Source: a virus. Taken from it: 64,000 nucleotides of DNA. Shown here piece by piece: positions 9,867 through 19,891 of this stretch. The position numbers were made by a program, and so were the translations under genes. The stretch is from positions 1 to 64,000 of IMG/VR virus record IMGVR_UViG_3300034110_001237; one strand, written 5' to 3'. Below the pieces are notes generated by a model, which had not been told where the DNA came from, made no database searches, and was given only the letters and a program-made list of their open reading frames with translations. Within the stretch, counting starts at the first letter, position 1, and every line of letters starts with the position of its first letter.

Positions 9867-10664
9867 ATGAATATTTTAAAATTTTCAGTTATCCTTTTAA
9901 TCGCTATCTTTTTCTGTATCCTTGGTGGATTTGGAATTGGCAACATCTATTACCAATCACTCATTTCTGATTATGGTTATAAGTTTGGTAGTGGTGATAC
10001 TCTTTTCATCATGTCTGCCTGTACATTGATTGGATTGCTTACTTTTGTACACGCTTGTTCATTTTTAGAGAACCCTAAAAAAGCTATTTTATGGCTGGTA
10101 GGTATTGTTATTGTTGTTTCACCGATTATTTATTTCACAACCAGCTCATTGAGTAAAGACGATAAAGTTTATCAGCAAGCTCTTATTAATTATGGTTCTC
10201 GATTTAATGTATTGCTTTCAAAGACAGAAAATGATTTGAAAAAGCACCCGGATTACATTGCTTACAAATATCAACTTGATAATTTTGAAAAAGATAAAGA
10301 AAGTCGAGCAGCTTATGTGACATTGCTTAATGAAAAAGTTGATAAATATAATAAATATATAAGCGAACAGGCTCCGGGTCTATCATTTTCAGCCAGTCGC
10401 TATTATATCTATGGGCCAGAGTTTAATAAATTTGTCATGAGGTATAAAGGGGTTGAAGATCCAGTTGTTCAAAAAAATCTCTATGGAATAACTAAAAGTG
10501 GTGTTGTTTCCTACAATGACATGATGGACTTTCAGGTTAAATTTGTAGATAACTATAAAAACGTAATCAATAAAGATAGTCCGGTGGTTGAACATCCATC
10601 AGTTCCTGTTATCGTCACACCAGCAGTGACAGAAGAAAATAAAGAAACACCCGCCATTGAATAA
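9867..10664 (+). CDS. membrane protein (3 N-terminal TM)
   Basis: three hydrophobic segments; same architecture as upstream gene. Confidence 0.7.
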   Translation: MNILKFSVILLIAIFFCILGGFGIGNIYYQSLISDYGYKFGSGDTLFIMSACTLIGLLTFVHACSFLENPKKAILWLVGIVIVVSPIIYFTTSSLSKDDKVYQQALINYGSRFNVLLSKTENDLKKHPDYIAYKYQLDNFEKDKESRAAYVTLLNEKVDKYNKYISEQAPGLSFSASRYYIYGPEFNKFVMRYKGVEDPVVQKNLYGITKSGVVSYNDMMDFQVKFVDNYKNVINKDSPVVEHPSVPVIVTPAVTEENKETPAIE

Positions 10665-10797
10665 TCAATTAATTGTTGTTTCTAGTTAAACTCAAAGCCC
10701 TATATAAATGCCTTTCAAAAGGCATTTTTTTATATAATGATTGTAATTTTTAGCGATTGTGGTATAATAAACCAAATCAAAAAAGCGAGATACGATC

Positions 10798-11646
10798 ATG
10801 AATAACATCTATAAAGTTTGCATTAAACTCAACTATTCACAAGAATCAGTCACCAAACAAGCTGAAATCACCAAATTGATTTCGTTTATTCATTCAGTCA
10901 TGAGTAAAGCGGGTTGGCGTGAAGCCATTGAATCCGATTCAGTGATTGATTATGTGTTCTCTATCGGTGGTGATGGCACTATGCTGCACACCATGCAAGA
11001 TCATGTTATCACCAAATCCATTGTCGTTGGTATCAACGCTGGTAACGTAGGCTTCTTGACCCCTTACAACATTGAAAATGTCTATGACATGAGCGTCTTC
11101 AAATTCCTTGAAGAAAACGCCAATACCCGTGTTGAACATCGTAGCATTCTCAAACACAGTTTTGACACCCGTTCCGAACAAGGTATGGCAGTGAACGAAT
11201 ATACCTTTACGGCTGACCAAGTGAACCATGTTCTGGACTTCTCCATTGAAGTTGATTACAAAGGCCAAGTCAGTAAAGCAGGTCACTACAAAGCTAATGC
11301 CTTGTTGATTTCTGGCCCTTGTGGTTCTACTGCTTATAACATGAACTCTGGCGGGGCGATTGTTGACCCGACTGTTCGTTGCATGCAGATTATGATGGTT
11401 GCTCCTACTATCTTGGGTATCCGCCCATTGATTATTGGTCGTAACTCCATTATCCGTTTGAAGTTCCATAACAATGCAAAAGTCTTCATTGATGGTCAAC
11501 CACATACTGATATTCCAGTAACCGAAGATGAAACATTCAGTATTGAATTGCTGTCCGAAGAATCTCGTGTGCTGTTGCCTGACGACTTCAACTTTTACAG
11601 CATGCTTAGCACTAAGCTTCACTGGAACAATGGGAGTGGTGTATGA
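10798..11646 (+). CDS. nadK: NAD(+) kinase
   Basis: GGDGT, GINAGNVGFL, NE, GSTAYNMNSGG signature motifs. Confidence 0.92.
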   Translation: MNNIYKVCIKLNYSQESVTKQAEITKLISFIHSVMSKAGWREAIESDSVIDYVFSIGGDGTMLHTMQDHVITKSIVVGINAGNVGFLTPYNIENVYDMSVFKFLEENANTRVEHRSILKHSFDTRSEQGMAVNEYTFTADQVNHVLDFSIEVDYKGQVSKAGHYKANALLISGPCGSTAYNMNSGGAIVDPTVRCMQIMMVAPTILGIRPLIIGRNSIIRLKFHNNAKVFIDGQPHTDIPVTEDETFSIELLSEESRVLLPDDFNFYSMLSTKLHWNNGSGV

Positions 11647-11882
11647 GTGATTATGATGACGCCAAAGCTGCAGGCTTAACTGATGTTGATCGTTGGACAG
11701 AAGGTGTTGAACACCATCCTATGTCTGAACGGTTGATGGCTTTTTTGGAAAGCCATGACTTAAAAGACTATGGTGATTATTTTGGTTGGAAAGTCGGTGG
11801 TGATGGCGACAATGGCGAAACATTGATGTATCAAATGGACGCTTTTTTTGAACTCTTGGATAAACAAAAAACTCAACCATAA
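11643..11882 (+). CDS. small acidic hypothetical phage protein
   Basis: ATGA overlap with nadK; WKVGGDGDNGETLMY motif. Confidence 0.7.
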   Translation: MSDYDDAKAAGLTDVDRWTEGVEHHPMSERLMAFLESHDLKDYGDYFGWKVGGDGDNGETLMYQMDAFFELLDKQKTQP

Positions 11883-11908
11883 TGTTTTAATAGAAACTAA
11901 GCTGAAAG

Positions 11909-11937
11909 AAAAGGTGACTTTCAAAGTCACCTTTTTT
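11909..11937. terminator. bidirectional terminator
   Basis: AAAAGGTGACTT-TC-AAAGTCACCTTTTTT between convergent genes. Confidence 0.75.
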
Positions 11938-11941
11938 GTTG

Positions 11942-12388
11942 TTACCATATTTTTAAACCACAGTATGGATATTCTAAAAAACCTGCTGGTATTTTTTTTT
12001 TGTCCAACGTAAATGCAGCTCCATTGCGGCAATCATTAAACAACGTGTGTTCCGTAGCTTGTGGATCATGAGACATTCTATATGCTTTGACCAATCCTGT
12101 TTTGCTGGCCTTGATAACCAGTGGAATGCCATAGCCATTGTTATTAGGATGATAATCAAAAGCTGCATACAAGTAGCCTTGTTTCAAAATCTTTTTTAAA
12201 TCTTTGTCATCAACAAACACAGTAACACATTTACCTTGTTCAATTGAATCTTTAACACTTAATCCTGTTATTCGTTTTTTGATACGATCTTCGATTACAT
12301 CAAAAGCTTCTTGCTCAGTTAAGCAAATGGTTTCGATACATGCTATACCGTTGTGTTGTTGCATTAAAACTGTCAGTTGTCCCATCAT
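11942..12388 (-). CDS. hypothetical protein
   Basis: 148-aa ORF with AGGAG RBS on minus strand. Confidence 0.7.
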   Translation of the reverse strand: MMGQLTVLMQQHNGIACIETICLTEQEAFDVIEDRIKKRITGLSVKDSIEQGKCVTVFVDDKDLKKILKQGYLYAAFDYHPNNNGYGIPLVIKASKTGLVKAYRMSHDPQATEHTLFNDCRNGAAFTLDKKKIPAGFLEYPYCGLKIW

Positions 12389-12398
12389 TTTCTCCTAA

Positions 12399-13121
12399 TT
12401 AGATAATAAGCATTTCAACTACTTTTAAAGCTGCTTTTGTTCTTCTTGACATATTGAACTCTTCTTTTAAGTAGAGGTCGTAGAAACATTGTTCAAATGC
12501 TTTCGCTGAATACTTTTCCAATGTAACTTCTTTATATGAAGTCTTAGTTATTCTACCGTCTGTTGTTTTTGAATTTGTTTTGTAATAGCCTAGAGTAACC
12601 TTGTCCTCATTAGCTAACAAATCTATTGAAACAGATACTAATCTGTCATTAAATTTAAAGGTTGACTTTAAACAGATAGCAGGTTTCTTGGCTTGTATAG
12701 GCATTAGTATTGTGTGATTGTCGATCAGTGATGCATACGCTAAAGAACCAAGATCTTCATATTTTCTTTCCATTTGAAACTTTGATTTTAAATTATATGT
12801 TTTGATTATATCGATCAACGAGTTTTGAATCTTTTTAATTTTTTTAAAATTTAGCAAATGTTTCAAATTGTTTGCAGGCACATCTTTAAGAATTATTCTA
12901 TTATATTCTGGATTGTAGTTAATCACTATCGTTTCTAAATATTGTGTGACTATATCAATACTTATCGCCAATCCATGTCCAATCTTGTTCTGGCTAATGT
13001 TATAAGATTTAAACAACAACTTATCGTCAAAGATGGTTCTGAGTTGTTGTGTCATCAATTCAAACTGTTCGCCTTCTGAAAGATATTGAAAAGTAAATGA
13101 GTTAATTTTTTCTGGGAGCAT
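12399..13121 (-). CDS. MxxI-tail family protein
   Basis: ends KVVEMLII. Confidence 0.75.
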   Translation of the reverse strand: MLPEKINSFTFQYLSEGEQFELMTQQLRTIFDDKLLFKSYNISQNKIGHGLAISIDIVTQYLETIVINYNPEYNRIILKDVPANNLKHLLNFKKIKKIQNSLIDIIKTYNLKSKFQMERKYEDLGSLAYASLIDNHTILMPIQAKKPAICLKSTFKFNDRLVSVSIDLLANEDKVTLGYYKTNSKTTDGRITKTSYKEVTLEKYSAKAFEQCFYDLYLKEEFNMSRRTKAALKVVEMLII

Positions 13122-13131
13122 TGGGTATTCC

Positions 13132-13767
13132 TCAATATTTCAACATTTCAATTGTTTTCAAACTGTCTTTATTGAAATCTTTAATGGTTTGAAAAGATTC
13201 TGCCATGTATTTTTTGACATCATCAAAACTGTATTCAGTGTTTTTAATACCTTTATGATCAAATACAATTTCATTATTAATGTAAGTGTACATTTCATTG
13301 CTGAACTTAATTTTTTTATCTTCTTTTTTTCGTTTTAACAAATTAAGAAGTCCGTCATCAAAAAACAGTGTATATTCTGGTTTGTTTTCTGTATTCTTGA
13401 TGAAATCATTTTCATTAATCAGTCTTTTGGCTACTTTAAATTCATAAGTATAGAGCAAGAGGATACCAACTGACATTAGTACACTGGATGTGCTTCCAAA
13501 ATTATAGTTCCCTTCTCCAATACTATTCATGAACAAGCATGCTCCCACTATCAAAAAATTAGACATTGAACGAATGACCATTGATTTTGACAATAGTAAA
13601 TAGATGTATATGATAATGTTGCCTAAAAAGAAAGAAATCCCCGTCAACACCATGTATTTATTTTCGCCATATTCATATTGAGCATAAGCTGCCGATAATC
13701 CTAAACAGGCTATAAGTAGGTAAGGTTGAAAGACAATCGCTAATTTCGCCTTAGTATTAAAATTCAT
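13132..13767 (-). CDS. MxxI-tail family protein with 4 N-terminal TM segments
   Basis: four hydrophobic segments; ends KTIEMLKY. Confidence 0.75.
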   Translation of the reverse strand: MNFNTKAKLAIVFQPYLLIACLGLSAAYAQYEYGENKYMVLTGISFFLGNIIIYIYLLLSKSMVIRSMSNFLIVGACLFMNSIGEGNYNFGSTSSVLMSVGILLLYTYEFKVAKRLINENDFIKNTENKPEYTLFFDDGLLNLLKRKKEDKKIKFSNEMYTYINNEIVFDHKGIKNTEYSFDDVKKYMAESFQTIKDFNKDSLKTIEMLKY

Positions 13768-13888
13768 CAGTTAAGCCTCTTTATAAGATGGTATTATTTT
13801 AACAGCTATCACGTAATTAATCAACAAAAAGCTTGATTTGTGTGGTCTTTTTTGCTATTATTTACAAAATTATTTAGAGATTGTTATC

Positions 13889-14587
13889 ATGAGCACTATT
13901 AAAACATCCAAGCAAAAATATCCCAAGACCTACCATGTTCCTTGGAGTTTGGCTATTCAATCTGATGACAAAGTTTTTAAATCCATGAACCATTTTCATG
14001 GTAAATTTATTGTAGCTACTGAAAAGCTTGATGGTGAAAACACTACGTTGTCTTCAACCTACTACCATGCACGTAGCCTTGATAGTACATTCAACTGGAC
14101 TCGCTCTTGGGTTGCAACTATGCACGCTTGCCTTCGCTATGATATTCCAGAAGGTATAAAGCTTGTAGGGGAGAACTTGTTTGCTAAACACGCGATTGAA
14201 TATCCAGATTATTCGTTGGAAGGTTATTTCTATCTGTTTTCTATGTGGGAGGACATTATAGGTAGTGAAGAAGACTATTGCCTTGATTACGACGATATTG
14301 TGAGCTATGCCAATCTGTTTGATTTGCCTATGCCGAAAGTACTCTATCGTGGTATTTATGATGAAGTCGCTTTACAAAAAATTGCTAAGGAGCTGGATAC
14401 TTCTCGTTGTGAAGGTTATGTTATTCGCACGGTTGATGGTTTCATGCGGAGTGAGTTTACCAAATGTGTGGCAAAATTTGTTCGTGCTAACCATGTTCAA
14501 GACGCTTCGGAACATTGGTTGAAAAATGCTGTTCAAAATGGTAAATTACAACCTACTGTCCGTCCAAGCTATATGGGAAAAATTTAA
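13889..14587 (+). CDS. RNA ligase (Rnl2-like nucleotidyltransferase)
   Basis: KYPKTYHVPWS, motif I TEKLDGEN, GENLF, EGYVIR, AKFVR. Confidence 0.85.
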   Translation: MSTIKTSKQKYPKTYHVPWSLAIQSDDKVFKSMNHFHGKFIVATEKLDGENTTLSSTYYHARSLDSTFNWTRSWVATMHACLRYDIPEGIKLVGENLFAKHAIEYPDYSLEGYFYLFSMWEDIIGSEEDYCLDYDDIVSYANLFDLPMPKVLYRGIYDEVALQKIAKELDTSRCEGYVIRTVDGFMRSEFTKCVAKFVRANHVQDASEHWLKNAVQNGKLQPTVRPSYMGKI

Positions 14588-15010
14588 ATGTCTTCTATTG
14601 AAACCTATTTGAGTAATGTTAAAAATTCACTGGATGAGTTTCGTTTTGTTAGTGGTGATTGTCATCACTTGGCTGTCGCCCTTCAAAAACTCTTTCAAGG
14701 CGAGCTTTGTGCGATTATTCGAGAAGAATTTGATGAAGATGGTGAGCCTTATTCTATCACCTACTCCCATATGTTGTTTATTGACACCCAAGGTGTTGAA
14801 TGGGATATCGATGGTAGCGGTGCTGATGAACGTTGGGTTGAACAGTGGCCGGAAGATGGTGATGAAGATGGACATACTTCGGAGTTTAGCTATGCCTCTT
14901 TGACTTTTGAAGAGCTTCCTGCTTTTTTGAGCAAGCATGACTGCAAACTTAATGATGAACTCATAAAAGAATTGTTAATCTTGCATGAACCTGTTATAAT
15001 GACAGTGTAA
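14588..15010 (+). CDS. hypothetical protein, possible papain/transglutaminase-like Cys-His-Asp enzyme
   Basis: GDCHHLAVAL...SHMLF...WDIDG. Confidence 0.5.
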   Translation: MSSIETYLSNVKNSLDEFRFVSGDCHHLAVALQKLFQGELCAIIREEFDEDGEPYSITYSHMLFIDTQGVEWDIDGSGADERWVEQWPEDGDEDGHTSEFSYASLTFEELPAFLSKHDCKLNDELIKELLILHEPVIMTV

Positions 15011-15031
15011 TCAATTCATAGGAGTATCTTC

Positions 15032-15235
15032 ATGAGCGAACAAAATGTGGTTGGCATTCCTTACAAAGACCCTGAATCCTTTTTCAAGTTAAGGGCTATG
15101 ATTGGTGGTATTTATGATTCTATGAATCGTGACAATCAACCCAACACCAGCAATAATCATGTGGGTAGATTCGATCCAGAATTGACTGATTTCATGAATA
15201 TTACACCACCTTCCAACTCTTTCTTTGGTAAATAA
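15032..15235 (+). CDS. small hypothetical protein
   Basis: AGGAG RBS. Confidence 0.65.
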   Translation: MSEQNVVGIPYKDPESFFKLRAMIGGIYDSMNRDNQPNTSNNHVGRFDPELTDFMNITPPSNSFFGK

Positions 15236-15237
15236 TC

Positions 15238-15423
15238 ATGAGTAGCAAATACGCACAAAAAGCTAAAAAAAAGAGTCATACAGATCGTCGTAAGGAACAG
15301 TTTAAACCTAAATATTCCTATTGTTCTAACTGTGGTCGAGAATCAAGTATTTCCGACAAACACTTAACTTTTTCTAAGTGCTATTGTGGTGGCACTTATC
15401 AATCTTATCGTCCATCCGTTTAA
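15238..15423 (+). CDS. small basic zinc-ribbon protein
   Basis: CSNCG...CYCGG. Confidence 0.6.
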   Translation: MSSKYAQKAKKKSHTDRRKEQFKPKYSYCSNCGRESSISDKHLTFSKCYCGGTYQSYRPSV

Positions 15424-15494
15424 CTTTGACCCGATGGTATTATTCTGTTATTATGAATGCCGCTTAATGTGGCATTTTTTTTGGAGATTTTTAA

Positions 15495-16244
15495 ATGAGA
15501 GTTAGGATTGATTTAAAAACTATTGATCTGGTGAAGGTGTTTAACCCGAAGGTTAATGTCAACGATCTCTATTTGCCTGTTGAAAATGTCTACGAAACCC
15601 GTGAACCATCTATTCGTAGAAAATCAGTGCGTCGTGGAAAAGACATTTATGAAGAATATGATTTCATTTTTTACTATGCAAAAAAAAGTTTTGTTAATTT
15701 TAAAATATTGAGTGATAAAACCACTTATTATGTGATTGTCGATGGTGTTGTGATTACTGTGCCTCATGATATTGAGCTTGATTATAATTTCACGCTTCAT
15801 GAGATGTTGGTAAAAGATTTCGTTAACCAATCAAAACACCTAAATAACCTCCAAAAAGCGTCAATGATTAACCTTTACCTTACACAACTTCATAAGTCTT
15901 CAAAACATGCCTTTAAATCAATTTTTGTTGACTTTTTCACCAATAAGCAATTCAGTGAGCGAAACGTGCTATCGGGTGGTGGATTGGTTCGTAATTTTGT
16001 TTGTGAATTTACTTATGCCGGTCACCGGTTTTCACTGTATGCTCATTCTAGTAAAAATGAGGTTTATGTTGAATACTTATTTGCAGATTTTAAATTCAAA
16101 CGATCCTATCCAGCGTCATCCAGTAATATTGATAAATTTATTCTTGATTTTGTGAATGAGCACGAGTATAATTGTAAGACTGCCAAGGAAGCTGTCAAAC
16201 ACCTTGATGATTTTATTCTAATTCGTAAAATGTCTAGCATTTAA
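15495..16244 (+). CDS. MxxI-tail family protein
   Basis: GGAG RBS; ends LIRKMSSI. Confidence 0.75.
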   Translation: MRVRIDLKTIDLVKVFNPKVNVNDLYLPVENVYETREPSIRRKSVRRGKDIYEEYDFIFYYAKKSFVNFKILSDKTTYYVIVDGVVITVPHDIELDYNFTLHEMLVKDFVNQSKHLNNLQKASMINLYLTQLHKSSKHAFKSIFVDFFTNKQFSERNVLSGGGLVRNFVCEFTYAGHRFSLYAHSSKNEVYVEYLFADFKFKRSYPASSSNIDKFILDFVNEHEYNCKTAKEAVKHLDDFILIRKMSSI

Positions 16245-16272
16245 ATTAATTCAATTATTTTCGGGAGAGACT

Positions 16273-16644
16273 ATGAGTGATGCAAATAAAGCAAAAAAAC
16301 TACTTGAAACCCATGATGCCTACTTTCGTTCGAAACACTGGTTTGCTGACACCTATGTGAAGACTGATGGTTTTCATTTCAGCATTCGTAATCAACTGAA
16401 TGGTTGCAGCATTGTGGACTGTTATCAGGCTCTTCAATTTCTGTATGAATCTCTTCGTGAAGCCGATGAAGATGATGCTCCAACGAAGCCCCGATTGACT
16501 GATGAAGAGATCTTGTTGCAACATGGCTATGAAATGTTGTGTGAAAGTCCACTGGAAATTACATCTATTTCAGAAGATCACGTCTTTGTGAGTGGAGAAG
16601 CTGCTGTTATTTTGCTATCTTCTTTGCGTAGTATCACAAAATAA
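16273..16644 (+). CDS. hypothetical protein
   Basis: GGAG RBS; CESPLEI motif. Confidence 0.7.
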   Translation: MSDANKAKKLLETHDAYFRSKHWFADTYVKTDGFHFSIRNQLNGCSIVDCYQALQFLYESLREADEDDAPTKPRLTDEEILLQHGYEMLCESPLEITSISEDHVFVSGEAAVILLSSLRSITK

Positions 16645-16708
16645 AGAATGCGTGATGTGTTCTATTGTGATATAATAGCCACATCTTAAATCAGTGGAGT
16701 TACCAGTA

Positions 16709-17158
16709 ATGACAACTAAGCGTAAAGCTTCCAATGTTTCAAAAGATGGTTACATTAATCCATACACCAATTATGGTGTAGATGGTAAACTCATTTCGCT
16801 TGATTTTGAAAACAATGTCATTGAGCGAACTGAATATGACCACCCTTATTCGTTTTCTACTCATTGCTCTTGGGCCATTCTCGGTAAAAAGCGTGAAGCT
16901 ATTGAAAAGCTTGATACTCTGAGCGGTGTTTACAGTGATCGCTTGTTTCAAGCCGATGCTTTGGCCTACAACATGGCTTGCCGCTCTGTATGGGGGAATG
17001 AAGGTCAGTATTTTGACTCCCGCCGTCCAAAGGATGTTGAGAAAATGCTTCAACTCATCTACTCAAATCCAAAATTGAAGCTATATAGAATTCTTAAAGG
17101 TTGTAATGTTGGCAATGGCTACCCTGTTTGGTATTTTCATTACTATACCGAAGAATAA
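16709..17158 (+). CDS. hypothetical phage protein
   Basis: GGAG RBS, ATG 16709; YSDRL...CNVGNGYPVW. Confidence 0.7.
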   Translation: MTTKRKASNVSKDGYINPYTNYGVDGKLISLDFENNVIERTEYDHPYSFSTHCSWAILGKKREAIEKLDTLSGVYSDRLFQADALAYNMACRSVWGNEGQYFDSRRPKDVEKMLQLIYSNPKLKLYRILKGCNVGNGYPVWYFHYYTEE

Positions 17159-17266
17159 GAAACCATCCAGTGTAGTTAGAGTTTTAACAAAAGAGGGCAT
17201 TTACTCTCTTTTTTTTATTGTTCTTTTGTGATATAATAGAGCCATACTCAACATAGGCAAACAATT

Positions 17267-18016
17267 ATGAAAGCACAAACACCAATGAGTGTGATGAAAC
17301 CAGAACTTGATAAACTCCGAGAATTTTCGTTGTTGAATTTCTTTGCCCTCAATGGACGACCTAAAAAAACCATCTATGTTGGCAGTGAAGATTTTGGACT
17401 TGAAAAGCTGGTGGCAGGAGCTATTACATTCGACTACATGGCAATCTTTGGTCTAGGTGGTCATATCACTCGCACTGAGAAAGGTCATGCTCGTTATGCT
17501 CAAAGTATGGCTGTTTGTATCAACTACAAAACAGAACAAGCCGTTCGAGCCAGTGTGGTGCTCAGCACCGAAGGTAATATCGAGTATTCAAAATCGTATA
17601 CAGTTCCAGAGTTTAGAACTGTCCTTAAACAATTTGTAGAAGAAAATAAAGCGTGTATTGATCGAGATGTGCTTTTGAAGAATTATATTAAGGCTTTCGG
17701 CATCATCACCAGTGCGTCTTTGAATAAAGCAGAACTGAATAAGATTAAAGAGCATTATGTCAAAAAGGCAACTGATTTGCAAAGCACAAGAAATCGTGCT
17801 GAACGTTCTCAGCATGATGCCCGCAAAGGTATTGCAAATGCTCAAACAGAAACAGAGAAGGCTATTCATATTCAGCGATTGAAAGATTTGGCGGTGGTTG
17901 TTGAGCATTCCATAATGGAGATCCTTCATATTGTGAAACAGGAATCAAAAGACATGCCAGCCATTGCACGGCATCACTTTTTTGAAGAACTTCAAAAAGC
18001 CCGAATTTACAATTGA
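17267..18016 (+). CDS. hypothetical protein with C-terminal coiled coil
   Basis: 249-aa ORF with own promoter. Confidence 0.7.
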   Translation: MKAQTPMSVMKPELDKLREFSLLNFFALNGRPKKTIYVGSEDFGLEKLVAGAITFDYMAIFGLGGHITRTEKGHARYAQSMAVCINYKTEQAVRASVVLSTEGNIEYSKSYTVPEFRTVLKQFVEENKACIDRDVLLKNYIKAFGIITSASLNKAELNKIKEHYVKKATDLQSTRNRAERSQHDARKGIANAQTETEKAIHIQRLKDLAVVVEHSIMEILHIVKQESKDMPAIARHHFFEELQKARIYN

Positions 18017-18051
18017 TATGTTTATTAATTAATCTTAATAGGAGATTTACC

Positions 18052-18372
18052 ATGTCTAAGACTGTCAATAATCAGCGTAATTGGAAATACCATCACCTTT
18101 TTAAACAGGCGGCTGCAAATTTTAAACTTTATCGTGCTGATCCCGTTTTGTCGAAAGACGCTATGCGACTGTATCAAGAAGATCTTAACAAACTGTTGGA
18201 CGACTCTCATTTTACAAAAGAAGAAACTATTAAAGTATCATTCAGAGAAGGTTTTCGTCGTGATTCGAAAGCTAAATTGAAAGTACGTAATCGTCGTATT
18301 GAGAAACGTTCCAGTCGTCAAAAAGCTATGATAGAAGTACGTTATGCTGTATCCGAACCAATTGATGAATAA
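18052..18372 (+). CDS. basic hypothetical protein
   Basis: AGGAG RBS, ATG 18052; Arg/Lys-rich. Confidence 0.65.
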   Translation: MSKTVNNQRNWKYHHLFKQAAANFKLYRADPVLSKDAMRLYQEDLNKLLDDSHFTKEETIKVSFREGFRRDSKAKLKVRNRRIEKRSSRQKAMIEVRYAVSEPIDE

Positions 18373-18481
18373 TATCTTTTGGTTTGGTTATTCTATTTTA
18401 ATATAACAAAAGAAATATTGCCATATAGCCACTACTTTGATATACTAAATCCACATTAAACAGAAATAGAGGGATAATACC

Positions 18482-19003
18482 ATGAGCAATCAAACCAAGA
18501 AAACTCAGCAACAGCAACTTGCAAAAGCTATTCAAATTGCAGCCACTGCTCATGTGAATCATTTTGATAAAGGTGACAATGCCTATATCCTTCATCCACT
18601 TCGTGTCATGGAAGGTCTTGAAAGTAAAGATCCAGAAGTGATGCAAATTGCTATCTTGCATGACGTGATTGAAGACTGTCCAGAGTGGACTATCGAACGT
18701 CTTCGTAGTGAAGGTTTCTCGGAGCGTGTGTTGCTTGGTTTATCTTACATGAGTAAGACTGAAGAAGATTTGGCTGCTGGTGATGAAGGTTACTACAATT
18801 ACATTCGCCGTATGTTTGAAAACATTGATGCACTGTTGGTCAAAATGTCAGACATCCGTGATAACAGTCAGGTTACTCGTTTGAAAGGTCTTCGTGATAA
18901 AGACCAGAAGCGTATGGTGAAATATGCTCGTGCTTACAGCATGTTGGCTGAACGTCTTGAAGAAATTCGAGCGGCTTGTTACACTGGTGTTTCGAAAGTC
19001 TAA
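18482..19003 (+). CDS. HD-domain small alarmone hydrolase ((p)ppGpp hydrolase, SpoT/Mesh1-like)
   Basis: AH...DKG..YILHPLRV, AILHDVIED, VKMSDIRDN. Confidence 0.85.
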   Translation: MSNQTKKTQQQQLAKAIQIAATAHVNHFDKGDNAYILHPLRVMEGLESKDPEVMQIAILHDVIEDCPEWTIERLRSEGFSERVLLGLSYMSKTEEDLAAGDEGYYNYIRRMFENIDALLVKMSDIRDNSQVTRLKGLRDKDQKRMVKYARAYSMLAERLEEIRAACYTGVSKV

Positions 19004-19020
19004 TGTTGATTACGTTTGAC

Positions 19021-19045
19021 AAAGCAACCTTCGGGTTGCTTTTTT
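19021..19045 (+). terminator. intrinsic terminator (cUUCGg loop)
   Basis: AAAGCAACC-TTCG-GGTTGCTTTTT. Confidence 0.85.
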
Positions 19046-19096
19046 GTTGACTTTAAAAAAGTGATTGATATGATATCTATCTAAAAAGGATATATT

Positions 19097-19891
19097 ATGA
19101 GCTTAATGAGCATTATTAACAGCCATCGTAGTAAACACTACTGTTATTTAGAAAACGACCCTAATGCAACAGACCCACCTGAATATTTCATACCGGGAGC
19201 AACGTCTATCCCTGTTGTTAGGGATAAAACAGTTCCCTTCAGGAATATTCAACCAATTGATGAACGAAGAGAATCTATAAAACATATTGAAATCAAAGAC
19301 AATTCAGATAGTTTTTTATTGTTTTTATTTTCAAATAAAATTTTTTCAATAGACATTTATGACTATGATTATATAATATCGTTAATAGATGAAGGTATTA
19401 ATAGATTAAATTATATAGGATTAATTGTTCATTTGACTTTTAGTTTAGAAGAAAATGGAACATATTTATTAAAAAGTAAAAATTTTTTAAATAGCGATTT
19501 TAAACCCTATTATTTTGAAAACAACATATCGTCTGTTTTTAGTATTCATTACAACGATAAAAATCCTCATTCAACTTTTTTTCAAAAAATTTTTGATGGG
19601 GTTTCTATTAGAAATTACATGACAAAAGAAACACATAAAAAGAGTATTTACCTTTTTGATGAACGTATTTATCTTGATGTTATTGTCAATTCCGAATTAA
19701 AAGATGTTCTTACTCCCTTAATTATTGCTTATGATGAGTTTGGTATTTTATATACTGAATACTATTATAATTCGACAATTATTTCTACGGATATTTTGAA
19801 ATCACTTGATCCATTTTTTGATGAGAAAATTGCTGACTTTTACTACCTAACCCCAGAAGAAGTGGATACACTTGAAATGTTATTAGTTTAA
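19097..19891 (+). CDS. MxxI-tail family protein, paralog group B
   Basis: PLIIAYD...EYYYN...DILK shared with 32847/33728; ends DTLEMLLV. Confidence 0.75.
   Translation: MSLMSIINSHRSKHYCYLENDPNATDPPEYFIPGATSIPVVRDKTVPFRNIQPIDERRESIKHIEIKDNSDSFLLFLFSNKIFSIDIYDYDYIISLIDEGINRLNYIGLIVHLTFSLEENGTYLLKSKNFLNSDFKPYYFENNISSVFSIHYNDKNPHSTFFQKIFDGVSIRNYMTKETHKKSIYLFDERIYLDVIVNSELKDVLTPLIIAYDEFGILYTEYYYNSTIISTDILKSLDPFFDEKIADFYYLTPEEVDTLEMLLV

Noticed and set aside
10939-11622. Long antisense ORFs (also 55002-55613, 53445-53882, 48352-48600)
   Set aside because: They are shadows of well-supported opposite-strand genes or RNAs, with no RBS or motifs.
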